Source: a virus
Reading direction: 5' to 3' (one strand)
Length of the DNA: 64,000 nt
Virus record (IMG/VR): IMGVR_UViG_3300040856_003274
Location: 1-64,000 of that record
Positions 1 to 9,871 of this stretch are shown here, piece by piece (the first letter of the stretch is position 1; each line of letters starts with the position of its first letter). The notes under the pieces were generated by a model that saw nothing but the letters and a program-made list of their open reading frames with translations, was not told the origin of the DNA and searched no databases. The position numbers and the translations under genes were made by a program.

Positions 1-304
1 CGGTCGCGTCTTTACTTCAAAGCTCTTGAAGAGTTTCGGAGATAATCCCTTCGCGCATAAAAATAAAAGCATGGACTGGTACATAAGGGAACAACTCAGC
101 GAGGTCGATGTTCCTGTCGATAGCAGGCTTGTTAGACTGTCTGACTTAAGTTATCTCCCGTTAGGGCTCAAGACAGAGGAAAACATTTGGGCTTATGACA
201 AGTATAAGATTACGGTGCTAGACCCGCAAGATAGTCTTGTAAACTGGTTGCCTCCTACGTTGAGGGCTAGGTATCTCTCTATTTCTTTTGATCAGAAAAC
301 TTAG
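1..304 (+). CDS. 3' part of a hypothetical protein entering from the left edge
   Basis: ORF track 26..304; converges on the glycosyltransferase gene; the real start is probably outside the window. Confidence 0.45.
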   Translation, partial: GRVFTSKLLKSFGDNPFAHKNKSMDWYIREQLSEVDVPVDSRLVRLSDLSYLPLGLKTEENIWAYDKYKITVLDPQDSLVNWLPPTLRARYLSISFDQKT

Positions 305-2522
305 AGAACATCTTAACATCGTGGTTTAGATTAACCGCGCTTAAAATCTTGTTTAACAAATATTCTCTAGCTTTATTAGTCGTAAACAGGTTCTCCCCCT
401 CTAAGTTTTGGTCGAAGATTAGAGGACGCTCTCTCGCGACATTAACGGCTTTAACTCCTTTAGCGGATAAGATAAAACCGAAAACAAGGTCTACCATACC
501 TGTCTGTGTTGCTTCAGGTATGCGCTCTAGGTCTTTTTTTATCTGAGAGCCCTCTGTCAGCCACATACAGGTAGTCCCTGTTCCTGCGATGGTGTTTTCT
601 TTATCTTCTGTTAGTATTTGGTTGAAATGCGTTAAGTCTCGGTTTTTAAACCCTGTAGTCTCGCTTCCGTTATAGCCATGTAAGCAGAGTGGAGTCTCTT
701 TAGGGTAATCTAACAGCTTAGAGAGCATATGTTCAAAGTAGTTTAAGGGGTAAACGAGATCGTCGTCCGTCCAAAAATTGACCCCCTCAAAGACATTAAG
801 AAACTTCCCATTGTCTTTTAAGTCTCTAACTGGAGTATAGAGATGGACGTTATCCTTGTCTTTGAAGGCTTCTCTAAAAGACTCAGGCACGCTTTGAGGT
901 GTCTCATTAAGGCAGATGTGTAAGTGTGCATTAAGACTCTCGCATACCTCCATTATGCTCTTTGCGGTTTTGAGAGCTTCTTCAAATCTCTTAGGGTATG
1001 TTGCCATGTGTACGTGAATAGGAGGGAGCGCCTTTATGTTTGAGGGCGTATTTCTTTGACAAGAGAAGGGTTGTTGAAACTCTTTTCTGTGTGTGAATAG
1101 GCTTGCATAAGAAGCTCTAAGAGGGCTCATAGTTTCCTTAGTGTTGTCTAGAGACATCTTAACCTTGTTTGTTAAGCTGTCAGGCAACACCTCAGCTTTG
1201 TATAGCGAGCTTTTGTTTACAGCAATCGTTTTACTGCCCAACATATTTTTTTGTCGGTTGAAAAACTCATCGTCAGCGCCGAAGCGTACAGGTTCGTAGT
1301 AGCCTATCTCATCTAAAAGTGCGTCTTTAAATAGGACACCTGCGTATATTCTTCTCGCATCTAACCCTCTATTACTGAGGATTTCGCCATTTTTGCGTAT
1401 GCGATTTCCGAAGGTGTACGAGCACAGTATATTATCATTAGAGCTTAAGTCTTCTAGCTGTACTTCTATTTTCTCACTGAGCACAAAGTCATCTGCATCT
1501 AACATAGTCCAATATTCATATAAGCCTTTGTATTTTTGTAGAACTCTGTTCTTTGATGCGTAAGGGCCTATATTGGTGTGGTTAGACAAGACTTCGATGT
1601 AGGTTACTGCGCTTGACAACGTGTCTCTAATGTTAAGAGCTGTCTCTAAAGTCTTGTCCGTAGAGCAGTCATCGACAAGAAAGATTGTGTGTGGGGGCTT
1701 TGTTTGATTTAGCAGACTTAATACTGCGCGTCTTAGAGTGTTCTCTGCATTGAAGCAGGGTATGATACATCCTATCCGCTTGTCGGCGGTTTTCCCCTTT
1801 TCTTTATATATCCGTACCCTCTCGATGAAGCCTCTACCACAGAGGCTCACAGCCACGGATTTTTTAGAGGTGACTTTTAGAGTCAGTTTGTGCTCACTGT
1901 GCCTCTCTTCTAATATTACGTTATCCCCTGTGCTCAGAGCGATGTGGCCAACCCCTGACCCTAAGACATAGAAGTTATAAGTACCTTTAAGTAGGCTTTT
2001 TTCAAACAGCGTGATTTGAGGGTTTTCGTATTCAATCGGCAAGTTAAAGGGGGTGAGGTATTGCTTCTCGTAGACCGCACTTACCTCTAGTAACTCTCTT
2101 GAGGGGGAGGTTTTCTTGGTACTAAGAGACGCATCCTTAATCGCAACCTTGTGTGCGTTGAGAATGGATTTTTGTATTACGAGCTTCACAAGAACGGGCA
2201 AAGGAGCAGAGTGTTTGAAAGAGACTCGGCACTCATAATCCCCTGATATATCTATAGCGTAGATTAGGGGATCGGAGAAATACTTTAACTTTGCTCCTAT
2301 CGTGTGAGCCTCAAGTGTTATTTCCGCGCTCTTTTCAGTCCTTGACTGTCCGAGGCTTAAAATAACACTAAAAGTGTGGTCACCTGGGTCTAGCATCCCT
2401 CTGTAAATCTCGACTTCTACGGTATGCTTCGTTGTTCTAGGGGGGACTTTTGGTGTTATGTTTTCTTTGTTTTCAAGCCTACAGTTTGTTAAGGCTTTTA
2501 AGCTAGATTTAAGATTAGTCAC
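279..2522 (-). CDS. multidomain glycosyltransferase (GT2 domain plus a second GT-A-like C-terminal domain)
   Basis: IIPCFNAE...VDDCSTD...LDADD GT2 motifs; second region HMATYPKR...DNGKF...TDDDLVYP with DxD. Confidence 0.85.
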   Translation of the reverse strand: MTNLKSSLKALTNCRLENKENITPKVPPRTTKHTVEVEIYRGMLDPGDHTFSVILSLGQSRTEKSAEITLEAHTIGAKLKYFSDPLIYAIDISGDYECRVSFKHSAPLPVLVKLVIQKSILNAHKVAIKDASLSTKKTSPSRELLEVSAVYEKQYLTPFNLPIEYENPQITLFEKSLLKGTYNFYVLGSGVGHIALSTGDNVILEERHSEHKLTLKVTSKKSVAVSLCGRGFIERVRIYKEKGKTADKRIGCIIPCFNAENTLRRAVLSLLNQTKPPHTIFLVDDCSTDKTLETALNIRDTLSSAVTYIEVLSNHTNIGPYASKNRVLQKYKGLYEYWTMLDADDFVLSEKIEVQLEDLSSNDNILCSYTFGNRIRKNGEILSNRGLDARRIYAGVLFKDALLDEIGYYEPVRFGADDEFFNRQKNMLGSKTIAVNKSSLYKAEVLPDSLTNKVKMSLDNTKETMSPLRASYASLFTHRKEFQQPFSCQRNTPSNIKALPPIHVHMATYPKRFEEALKTAKSIMEVCESLNAHLHICLNETPQSVPESFREAFKDKDNVHLYTPVRDLKDNGKFLNVFEGVNFWTDDDLVYPLNYFEHMLSKLLDYPKETPLCLHGYNGSETTGFKNRDLTHFNQILTEDKENTIAGTGTTCMWLTEGSQIKKDLERIPEATQTGMVDLVFGFILSAKGVKAVNVARERPLIFDQNLEGENLFTTNKAREYLLNKILSAVNLNHDVKMFSKFSDQKK

Positions 2523-2565
2523 AAGCGTTTCCTCTCTTGGCGCGTCGTTACATTAAGGACATAAG

Positions 2566-3792
2566 ATGGGTAATAATAAAGTCGGAATAGTAGGGCTCGG
2601 CTACGTCGGTCTACCTCTCGCAACTCTTTTCGCGGAAAGAGGGTTTAACGTAATCGCGTATGATAGAGATGAGTCTAAGGTAAGTCATCTAAAAAACAGC
2701 GTCAGCTACATCGAAGACATCTCCACCGAGAGGCTGTCTAAGATTATCTCTAAGATTAGCCCTACCCTAGATCCCTCAGACCTCTCTGAGGCAGATTGCA
2801 TCTCTGTGTGTGTCCCCACACCTGTAACATGGGATAAGAAACCTGACCTCAAACCAATCATGGGGGCTCTTGAAGACATTAAGGATCATGTCAAAGAGGG
2901 CGCGGTTGTCATTATCGAGTCTACGGTCTACCCTAACTTCACCAAAGAGATGGCTAGACCCCTCTTCCCCCAAGCTCATGTGGTCTTCTCATCCGAGAGA
3001 GTTGATCCTAATAATCAGCAGTTTGAGATTAAAGACATTCCTAAAGTCTTGGGTGCTGACAGCGAAGAAGCCCTAATCAAAGCTAGAGGCTTCTACTCAG
3101 AGCTGTTCACTTTGAAAGAGGTTTCTTCTACTGCGGTCGCGGAGTCAAGCAAGCTCCTTGAGAACACTTATCGAGCTGTAAACATCGCGCTCGCTAATGA
3201 CTTCTCCCGTATGTGTAAAGAGCTAGATATAGATGTGTGGGAGGTCATCGAAGCGGCTAAGACTAAGCCTTTTGGTTTTCAAGCCTTTTACCCGTCTTTA
3301 GGTGTCGGGGGACACTGCATCCCCGTAGACCCTTTCTACTTACTCCACAAGTCAGATAGTCGCCTTGTTCGCGAAGCCATGATGATTAATCAAGACATGG
3401 TTAAGCGGTGTGTCCGTATGGCTCAAAGTAATCTCTTAGGCAAGGTTTTGCTGTTAGGTGTTGCTTACAAGCCTGATATTTCAGATTACAGGGAGTCTCC
3501 GTCAATAAGACTTCTCGAAAGCCTTTTCCTCCTGAAGCACGACGATCTTAATCCTACAGGTGCTGGTTGTGAGGACATTTCTTATTATGATCCTCATGTG
3601 CCTAGCATCTCGGAGCATGGGCTAGAGATGGTGAGCCAGCCCTCTTTAGAAGAAGCTCTAGGCTGGGCTGATACAGTGCTGGTATGTACAGCGCACAAGG
3701 CTTTCGATAAAGATTACATTAAGTCTAACTCGAACGTCTTGTATGACTTCTGTGGGCTCTTTAGGGAAGACTCTAATGTTGAGGGTATTTGA
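2566..3792 (+). CDS. nucleotide-sugar 6-dehydrogenase (UDP-GlcNAc/ManNAc dehydrogenase family, WecC/WbpA-like)
   Basis: GLGYVG Rossmann motif, ESTVYP, KLLENTYRAVNIA, catalytic GGHCIPVDP, AYKPD..DYRESP. Confidence 0.92.
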   Translation: MGNNKVGIVGLGYVGLPLATLFAERGFNVIAYDRDESKVSHLKNSVSYIEDISTERLSKIISKISPTLDPSDLSEADCISVCVPTPVTWDKKPDLKPIMGALEDIKDHVKEGAVVIIESTVYPNFTKEMARPLFPQAHVVFSSERVDPNNQQFEIKDIPKVLGADSEEALIKARGFYSELFTLKEVSSTAVAESSKLLENTYRAVNIALANDFSRMCKELDIDVWEVIEAAKTKPFGFQAFYPSLGVGGHCIPVDPFYLLHKSDSRLVREAMMINQDMVKRCVRMAQSNLLGKVLLLGVAYKPDISDYRESPSIRLLESLFLLKHDDLNPTGAGCEDISYYDPHVPSISEHGLEMVSQPSLEEALGWADTVLVCTAHKAFDKDYIKSNSNVLYDFCGLFREDSNVEGI

Positions 3793-3872
3793 TAAAAAGT
3801 GCTTGCAAAGTCAGTTAGAGTGGTTAAGGATATGGCTTCCTAATCCTCTTTCCTCTCTACAGGAGAACCTAC

Positions 3873-4151
3873 ATGACAAGAAATGAACTGTCATCTAACA
3901 TCGCGGGCTCGTTCTCAGGGCTCGACAAGCAAATCGTCAAGGACATCGTGGCGCGTACTTTTGAGGAAATCTCAACCGCGCTCGCTAATGGTGAGAACGT
4001 ACAGCTCACAGGCTTTGGTACATTCGAGCTTCGCCAGCGTTCAGAGCGTCAAGGTGTTAACCCGCGCACTAAAGAGTCTATCACGATCCCTGCGTCTAAG
4101 ACGGTAGGGTTTAAGCCAGGCAAGGCTCTCAAGGAGAGCGTTAACGGCTAA
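3873..4151 (+). CDS. hup: HU/IHF family DNA-binding protein
   Basis: 92 aa, GFGTFE...R.GVNPRTKESITIPA...FKPGKALK signature; AGGAG RBS. Confidence 0.95.
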   Translation: MTRNELSSNIAGSFSGLDKQIVKDIVARTFEEISTALANGENVQLTGFGTFELRQRSERQGVNPRTKESITIPASKTVGFKPGKALKESVNG

Positions 4152-4176
4152 TCTTCTATCAGGGTTGATTGCTTAC

Positions 4177-4235
4177 CGATTGAGGGGGGTGTCGCTCTAG
4201 GCTAAGAAAGTCTAGTGAGGCATCTCCCTCAGTCG
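4177..4235. terminator. hairpin between convergent genes, probable bidirectional terminator
   Basis: GATTGAGGGGGGTGTC ... GGCATCTCCCTCAGTC imperfect inverted repeat. Confidence 0.55.
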
Positions 4236-4237
4236 TA

Positions 4238-4765
4238 TTAGGGCTTGTATCGGTTGACTACGTTTTCGATTAGAGTGGCTTTCTTCTTTAACCGTTTGCT
4301 CCAATAAAACTTTTGATACGCGTTATTAGCCTTGGGGTCTTTACTGAGTTTGGTGGGAGGAGCGCCTTCTAAATCTTCGTGCTTTCCAGGTGCAAACTCG
4401 TCTTTATGGTAACAGAGGCTATCCGCTCTATCGTCTACGGTTTCCTCTTTAAAGTATGCGTTGAAGTTTTTGTAGTTACGCCTGTCCTCGCTAGAGAGCT
4501 CTTTCCACTTAGCGTAATATTTCTTCAGGAGCGCAGGTCTTTTCTCAGACCAACACTTCCGTATCTTTTTCCGAGTCCATTTGTAACGCTTCTTATTTAT
4601 GCCACCGCCCCTATTTCCGTAGTTGCCCATGCTCTCTTTGCCTTTAGGACGTTCGCTTTTCGAGCTCGCAGGTATCCTCGCGCCGAGCACGTCCATATCG
4701 TCATCCTCATGAGCAGAAGCGGTGATTAACCACCGATCAACGATGTCGCTAGCCATCTTGTTCAT
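4238..4765 (-). CDS. basic hypothetical protein, paralog of 4782-5390; KxAS-signature protein
   Basis: N-terminus MNKMASDIVDRWLITAS, shared LGARIP/KRYxWT/LCYHK/DLEG blocks. Confidence 0.8.
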   Translation of the reverse strand: MNKMASDIVDRWLITASAHEDDDMDVLGARIPASSKSERPKGKESMGNYGNRGGGINKKRYKWTRKKIRKCWSEKRPALLKKYYAKWKELSSEDRRNYKNFNAYFKEETVDDRADSLCYHKDEFAPGKHEDLEGAPPTKLSKDPKANNAYQKFYWSKRLKKKATLIENVVNRYKP

Positions 4766-4781
4766 GGTGGGACTCCTAATC

Positions 4782-5390
4782 TTAGGGCTCGTATCGGTCT
4801 ATAATGTTAGCGACCATCTCTTCGTTCGCCGTTTTCTTGTTAGACTTGAGGCGAGCCTTCCAATATTTTTTATTGTAAGCGGGCTTGTTCCCACCGTTAA
4901 CGTCTTTGGTTTTCTTTACTTTAGGCATACCTTCGAGGTCAGGGTGTCTACCTGGCTTCGCAGGGTTTTTATGGTAGCAGAGGTGCTGCTGCCTAAGGCT
5001 AGCAGTTTCCTTGTTAAAATACGCAGTGAAGTTGTCGTACTTATCTTTTATATTATCCTCGTTTGCTTTCCATTTTTTCCAATGCTCTTTCAGCGCTTTT
5101 TCGCGAGGGCCGTCTTTCTTTTTCCCTTTAGCCGTTGTATATTTACCGCCTCCCCAACATTTGGGTTTCTTTTTCGGAGTCCAGTTATAACGCTTCTTGT
5201 CTACACTCTTACCATACAGAGGGTTACTCTCTTTACCTTTAGGTTTATCTGTGGTGGACTTATTTGGAATCCTTGCGCCGAGGACACCAACATCTCCATC
5301 TTCACTGAAATCGGCGCTGAGGATGTCCCCCTCTTCCTCTGAAGCGGTGAGGAGCCACCGATCTACAATGTTGCTAGCCATCTTGTTCAT
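4782..5390 (-). CDS. basic hypothetical protein, paralog of 4238-4765; KxAS-signature protein
   Basis: N-terminus MNKMASNIVDRWLLTAS, shared blocks with the downstream gene. Confidence 0.8.
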   Translation of the reverse strand: MNKMASNIVDRWLLTASEEEGDILSADFSEDGDVGVLGARIPNKSTTDKPKGKESNPLYGKSVDKKRYNWTPKKKPKCWGGGKYTTAKGKKKDGPREKALKEHWKKWKANEDNIKDKYDNFTAYFNKETASLRQQHLCYHKNPAKPGRHPDLEGMPKVKKTKDVNGGNKPAYNKKYWKARLKSNKKTANEEMVANIIDRYEP

Positions 5391-5536
5391 AGTAAGACCT
5401 CTACTTTAATCTTTAACTGTTTGTGAGTGTATGTTTATAGTCAACCTACCGAACTTGTATTTTTCTTGCATCGGTCTTACTTTCGGCTATCCTAAGCCAA
5501 ACTTCTAACCACCCTAATGACGGGAGACTTAATCTT

Positions 5537-6766
5537 ATGAGCGAGTTTAAGACATATCGCGCAGTCACCAAAATCCACCTCGGACAGATCGAGAGAGACT
5601 TGTACGAGGGAGACATCGTTGAGTTTAACGGCACTACCCTCAAGATTGGGGGCGAGTCTTTTCAGCTAGGTTCTCTACGAGCCGCTGTGTCTAAGAATTG
5701 GCTCGTAGACGCTAATGACTCTACTTCTAAATATGTGCCTCAATCCGCAAACATCGGTGTTCGTAAAGCTGCCGACGCTGGCTCAGAGAGCACTGAGAAG
5801 ACCGTCATTAAGACCGTTAATGATGAAGAGAAGGTTGTCGGCTCTTCTACCCGTATGAGCGTAGAGAACAAAGACACTAACGAAGACGCGGTTGAGATCG
5901 GTAAGGTTAAGACCGCAACGAAGCAAAAGTCTATCCTCAAGGACGGGGCAAGCGTAGACGCTGAGATTAACCGACTCGACAATACGACTCTTAAGTCAAC
6001 CGTGATTAAGCGTGAGGATCAAGAAATTGCTAAATCTCTCAGCGTAGACGAGGCTCAACAGGCTTTTGCTGAGGCTGAGCCCGTAGCTAATCAAGAGCTT
6101 GAGAGCGTTAAAGGTGAGGTCAATGAGATTAAGGGTCAGCTAGCGAGCATGATGGAGATGATGTCTCAGATGATGACCGCACAGCAGACTTTACTGATCC
6201 CCCCCGCGCCTGTACCCGCGCCCGTGATCGAAGAAGACGCATCGGCTAATGTTAGCGTAGATGACGCTAATGAGTTTCAAGACCTCCTCCCTGAGGCTGA
6301 GGTGCTCGGCTCTAATCTCCTAAAGACAGCTTCTGAAAAGCTTTCTTTCGATGACGGGTTTGACGACGAAGACTTTGATGAGAGCCTTGATCTCGACGGG
6401 AGTCTCAGTGACGACTTTGACTTCTTTGGCGACTTCGACGAGGGCGACTTAGTAGAGGTGGATGAAGAGTTTGAAGAAGAGCCTGCTTTCATAAATGAGG
6501 ACATGGAGCCTATCGACCTTCAAGAAACTCTCGATCCTTTAGAGGAAAACGAGGAAACCTCTGCTCCTGTCCCTAATTCTATATCTGACCGTATGATTAA
6601 GCTCAGTAACGGTGATGTTTGGGATATGACTCGCCATTACAACACTCGCGCTTCCGATTTGATTAACAACTATCTCGACAATCCGATCCTCGATGAGATC
6701 CTTTCTCTTGAGGTTAATGGTGTCCGTAAGCGCGTAGCTAATGCGATGAGTAGCGCCGTCTCTTAA
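5537..6766 (+). CDS. acidic hypothetical protein
   Basis: 409-aa ORF, GGGAG RBS, very D/E-rich C-terminal half. Confidence 0.75.
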   Translation: MSEFKTYRAVTKIHLGQIERDLYEGDIVEFNGTTLKIGGESFQLGSLRAAVSKNWLVDANDSTSKYVPQSANIGVRKAADAGSESTEKTVIKTVNDEEKVVGSSTRMSVENKDTNEDAVEIGKVKTATKQKSILKDGASVDAEINRLDNTTLKSTVIKREDQEIAKSLSVDEAQQAFAEAEPVANQELESVKGEVNEIKGQLASMMEMMSQMMTAQQTLLIPPAPVPAPVIEEDASANVSVDDANEFQDLLPEAEVLGSNLLKTASEKLSFDDGFDDEDFDESLDLDGSLSDDFDFFGDFDEGDLVEVDEEFEEEPAFINEDMEPIDLQETLDPLEENEETSAPVPNSISDRMIKLSNGDVWDMTRHYNTRASDLINNYLDNPILDEILSLEVNGVRKRVANAMSSAVS

Positions 6767-6818
6767 TCTCTTTATAATGCCTCTCTCATAAAGTCTAATA
6801 TGAGAGAGGTTAAGGATT

Positions 6819-7202
6819 ATGGACAAGAAAGCAAGCTCACAAGCAAGCTGGGCGCTCTTAGCTCAAGGTGTGACTACTGCTAGAGTTGAGGCGCATCGTC
6901 TTAGACATTTAGTCAACCGCGCTATGAAGATGATTGAGGCTTCTCCTCATAAAGATGCGTTTTATGAGTACGGCGGTGACATTATCGAGGGGATGCCTCG
7001 CAGACTAGATAACATCGAGTCTGAGCTTGACCGTACAAGTTACGCGCTCACGCAGATGGGCGACAAGTTTCTTAGAGGTCGTTTGAGCATAGATGACAGA
7101 GAGCTTGTTAAAGAGACTGTCACGACTCACCGTAACCGAGTCCGTATTAAGAAGATGGCTCAACAGGTTTGTGACCGTTATCTTGAAAACGATATGGAGT
7201 AA
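6819..7202 (+). CDS. hypothetical protein (KxAS signature)
   Basis: MDKKASS start, RBS, upstream TAATCTCTTTATA motif. Confidence 0.75.
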   Translation: MDKKASSQASWALLAQGVTTARVEAHRLRHLVNRAMKMIEASPHKDAFYEYGGDIIEGMPRRLDNIESELDRTSYALTQMGDKFLRGRLSIDDRELVKETVTTHRNRVRIKKMAQQVCDRYLENDME

Positions 7203-7208
7203 GCCGTT

Positions 7209-9071
7209 ATGTCATATCGCCCTGAGTTATTTGGTGTAAAAACTTATGTTGATGAGGGCTCTCAGAAGGGGATTGACACGCTTAATGCAGGAGGCGCGTC
7301 AGCCCTCCCTAACGGAGAGAGCCCTTACCATGAGTCTTACAGATCATCTCCCTCTTCGGTGCGGAGACGAGAGCAGGCTTTACCTATTACTAACGAGGGG
7401 CATCCTGAGGGTAGGGATCGTAAATCCATCCCCGCTCCAGGTGTTTTCTTGACTCCCTCAGACTCTTCTAATAACGGAGATCGACCTGTTCATCAGAGAG
7501 CGCGTATACAGCCGATGGAAGGCGAGCAGTATGGGCATCCTTACATTGATCAGGGGACACACCTTCATAAGAGGCGCACTATGACAGCTAGCGAGCACGA
7601 TATAATCTTAGCTAATATTATGGCTAGAGTCGCTTCTGATCTTGAGGCAGAGGATTTGGAAGCGGATTGGAAGAGCCCAGTTAAGCCTACGTTCAGAGAG
7701 AGACAGCAACCCCAAGCTGGCCCTGCGAAACTCTACCATCAGAGGTACTACCGCCGTCATCGAAATAAGAAAAAGCGCATGGCTAAGGTTAGGCATCGCC
7801 GTAATAAAAACAAAGGCGTTTACAAGCTAGACCGTAAAAGGCGCAACGAACACCCTGAATGGTACATTCGCAGGAAAGCGATTGGCTACCGTTCTAATGC
7901 AGAGCGTTCGAGAGATGATCGCCAAAAGAAGAAAGCCTCTGAGGAGGTTGTGAACAGGTGGCTCATTAAGACCGCAGACTTCTTGATTGAGAGAGGCCCT
8001 GCACATCGCCGTGAGAGTTTATTAGATTACGATTACCAAGACAGCTTACCTAGTGGGGAGCACACTGACTATGGGCTACCTTCACAGTATGCGCCTGTTG
8101 TTAAAGGTACTGCTCCTTTTAATAGGGAAGAGGATGTGATGCCGACTCAAGGGTTTACTCAGCCGACTGTGCGAGATAACCCGGGCTCTGCGAAGGTGAT
8201 CCCTAGCGGTAAGGGCTTTGTAAATAAGCTCGCGAGCAAGAAGGGCTCTAATCTTTTCCTTGAGTACAAGAAAGAGTTTATGAAGCTCCAAAAGGGCAAG
8301 CAACGCTACCGCTCTGAGGCAGGTAATAAAGTCACTTGGATCACTGCTTATAATCAAAAGAACCCTAAAGCGATTGAAGATTTTAAGAGGTTTGCTCAGG
8401 ATAAGGCTCAGAGGGAGCTGAAAGGGATCAAGGGTGCGGCTACGAGACTGAAGACGAAGGCAGGTCGAGTAGCAAGCGCCATTGTCAGCGCCACTAAGAA
8501 AGTTGCTAGTGTTGCTAAGTCTGAAGTCATGGGGATGGTAAAGACCCCTAAAGTCTTATTCGATATGGCGACAGGTAACTATGATTTTGATGACAAGAAG
8601 CAACTCAAAGAAGACTCTAAGATGATTTGGGGCTCTTTAGTTTATTACGGCGGTATCGCGCTTGCCTTATCTACAGGAGGCTTAGGGTCTACTGCGGTGG
8701 CTCTAGGTAAGAGCGTTGCGACCCATGCGACTTTAGGTGCAGTTTCTTCTGATCTCGACTTCTTTGGTTTTTTGAGTGTAGAAGCCGCCGAGACTGTTGC
8801 AGGCGCTGTAGGCAAAGGGAGTGATCTTCAAGAAGCATTGGGAGGGTTTGTCTCCACGGACTTATTTGACGCAGTGGCTTCAGGAGTCTCTACAGCTCTC
8901 TCCGCAGTTGTTGCTTCTTCAGGCGGTTCGGGTAAAGCTAAACCTGAGAGCCCTGATGCAGTTATGCAAGCGGTCTTGACTAAATATTTAGAGCGTATAG
9001 CAGATACGGCTTCGTCTCTAAGTAAGAAAGATGAGATTAAAGTCTTAAAAGGAGCCTTTAATGAAAGGTAA
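7209..9071 (+). CDS. hypothetical protein with basic segments, several KxAS motifs and a hydrophobic G/A-rich C-terminus (possible virion internal protein)
   Basis: 620-aa ORF; RVAS, KKAS, KTAD, KLAS, KVAS motifs; R/K-rich stretch. Confidence 0.75.
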   Translation: MSYRPELFGVKTYVDEGSQKGIDTLNAGGASALPNGESPYHESYRSSPSSVRRREQALPITNEGHPEGRDRKSIPAPGVFLTPSDSSNNGDRPVHQRARIQPMEGEQYGHPYIDQGTHLHKRRTMTASEHDIILANIMARVASDLEAEDLEADWKSPVKPTFRERQQPQAGPAKLYHQRYYRRHRNKKKRMAKVRHRRNKNKGVYKLDRKRRNEHPEWYIRRKAIGYRSNAERSRDDRQKKKASEEVVNRWLIKTADFLIERGPAHRRESLLDYDYQDSLPSGEHTDYGLPSQYAPVVKGTAPFNREEDVMPTQGFTQPTVRDNPGSAKVIPSGKGFVNKLASKKGSNLFLEYKKEFMKLQKGKQRYRSEAGNKVTWITAYNQKNPKAIEDFKRFAQDKAQRELKGIKGAATRLKTKAGRVASAIVSATKKVASVAKSEVMGMVKTPKVLFDMATGNYDFDDKKQLKEDSKMIWGSLVYYGGIALALSTGGLGSTAVALGKSVATHATLGAVSSDLDFFGFLSVEAAETVAGAVGKGSDLQEALGGFVSTDLFDAVASGVSTALSAVVASSGGSGKAKPESPDAVMQAVLTKYLERIADTASSLSKKDEIKVLKGAFNER

Positions 9072-9477
9072 TGTTAAGAGGTGGTGCTCAGACCTAATCA
9101 AAAAAACTGACCCCTCTGTCGTAGAAAAATCTAACTCTCTAAAGCCCATTCAAAGAGGTGAGACTCTTTTCAAAGTAGGTGAATATGAGATCAATGCTGT
9201 AGAGGGTGAAGACCTCGTACAGCTCAACTGCACCTGTAAGTATTGGCGGTGGCAAGGCCCTGAGTATTGGGCGAAGAAGGGCGGTTATCTGCTCGGAGCG
9301 CCTACGGGATCAGCATCTAAACCTAATGTTAGGGATACTAAAAGTAATCATTTTCTTTGTAAGCACACTGTAGCGGTGCTTAACGACCTAAAGTCTAGGC
9401 AGGAAGCCACTAGGACTAAGCGAGCTTCTATGGTAGAGAGGGTACTCAAATCTTTTGAGAAGAGGGAGATAAAATAA
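9061..9477 (+). CDS. SWIM-type zinc-finger protein
   Basis: CTCKYW ... LCKH (CxC...CxH) pattern. Confidence 0.65.
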   Translation: MKGNVKRWCSDLIKKTDPSVVEKSNSLKPIQRGETLFKVGEYEINAVEGEDLVQLNCTCKYWRWQGPEYWAKKGGYLLGAPTGSASKPNVRDTKSNHFLCKHTVAVLNDLKSRQEATRTKRASMVERVLKSFEKREIK

Positions 9478-9860
9478 TGCCTCAATACCCTTACCGATGT
9501 GATCAATGTGACGTGGACGAGATTCGTATTTTGCCTATGTCAGAGTGCAAGACTGAGCAGATGTGCGCCGTATGCGGCAACACTCTTCGCAAACTTTTGA
9601 CCGCCCCTAACGTGATCTTCAAAGGAGATGGGTGGTCTACTAAAAATGAGCGCATTAAGCGCCAAATGAGAGACAAGAATAAGAAGCTCACCGCTAAACA
9701 AAATGAAATGAAGCGCGATGCGCCTAATGTTGACCTAGCGCCTAATGTTGACGGGCAAAGAGTGGACTCATGGTCTGATGCGCAGAAGCTCGCCAAATCA
9801 AAAGGCAAAGATACTAAGAGCTACGAGCCCCTTATCGCCAAAGAGAAGTCTAACAAGTAA
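9477..9860 (+). CDS. FmdB-family zinc-ribbon protein
   Basis: MPQYPYRCDQC...CAVCG...FKGDGW. Confidence 0.85.
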   Translation: MPQYPYRCDQCDVDEIRILPMSECKTEQMCAVCGNTLRKLLTAPNVIFKGDGWSTKNERIKRQMRDKNKKLTAKQNEMKRDAPNVDLAPNVDGQRVDSWSDAQKLAKSKGKDTKSYEPLIAKEKSNK

Positions 9861-9871
9861 GGAGATCGCTT

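Noticed and set aside
4379-5342. Hydrophobic plus-strand ORFs resembling membrane proteins
   Set aside because: They are antisense to the lysine-rich paralogs; AAA/AAG codons read as Phe/Leu on the other strand.
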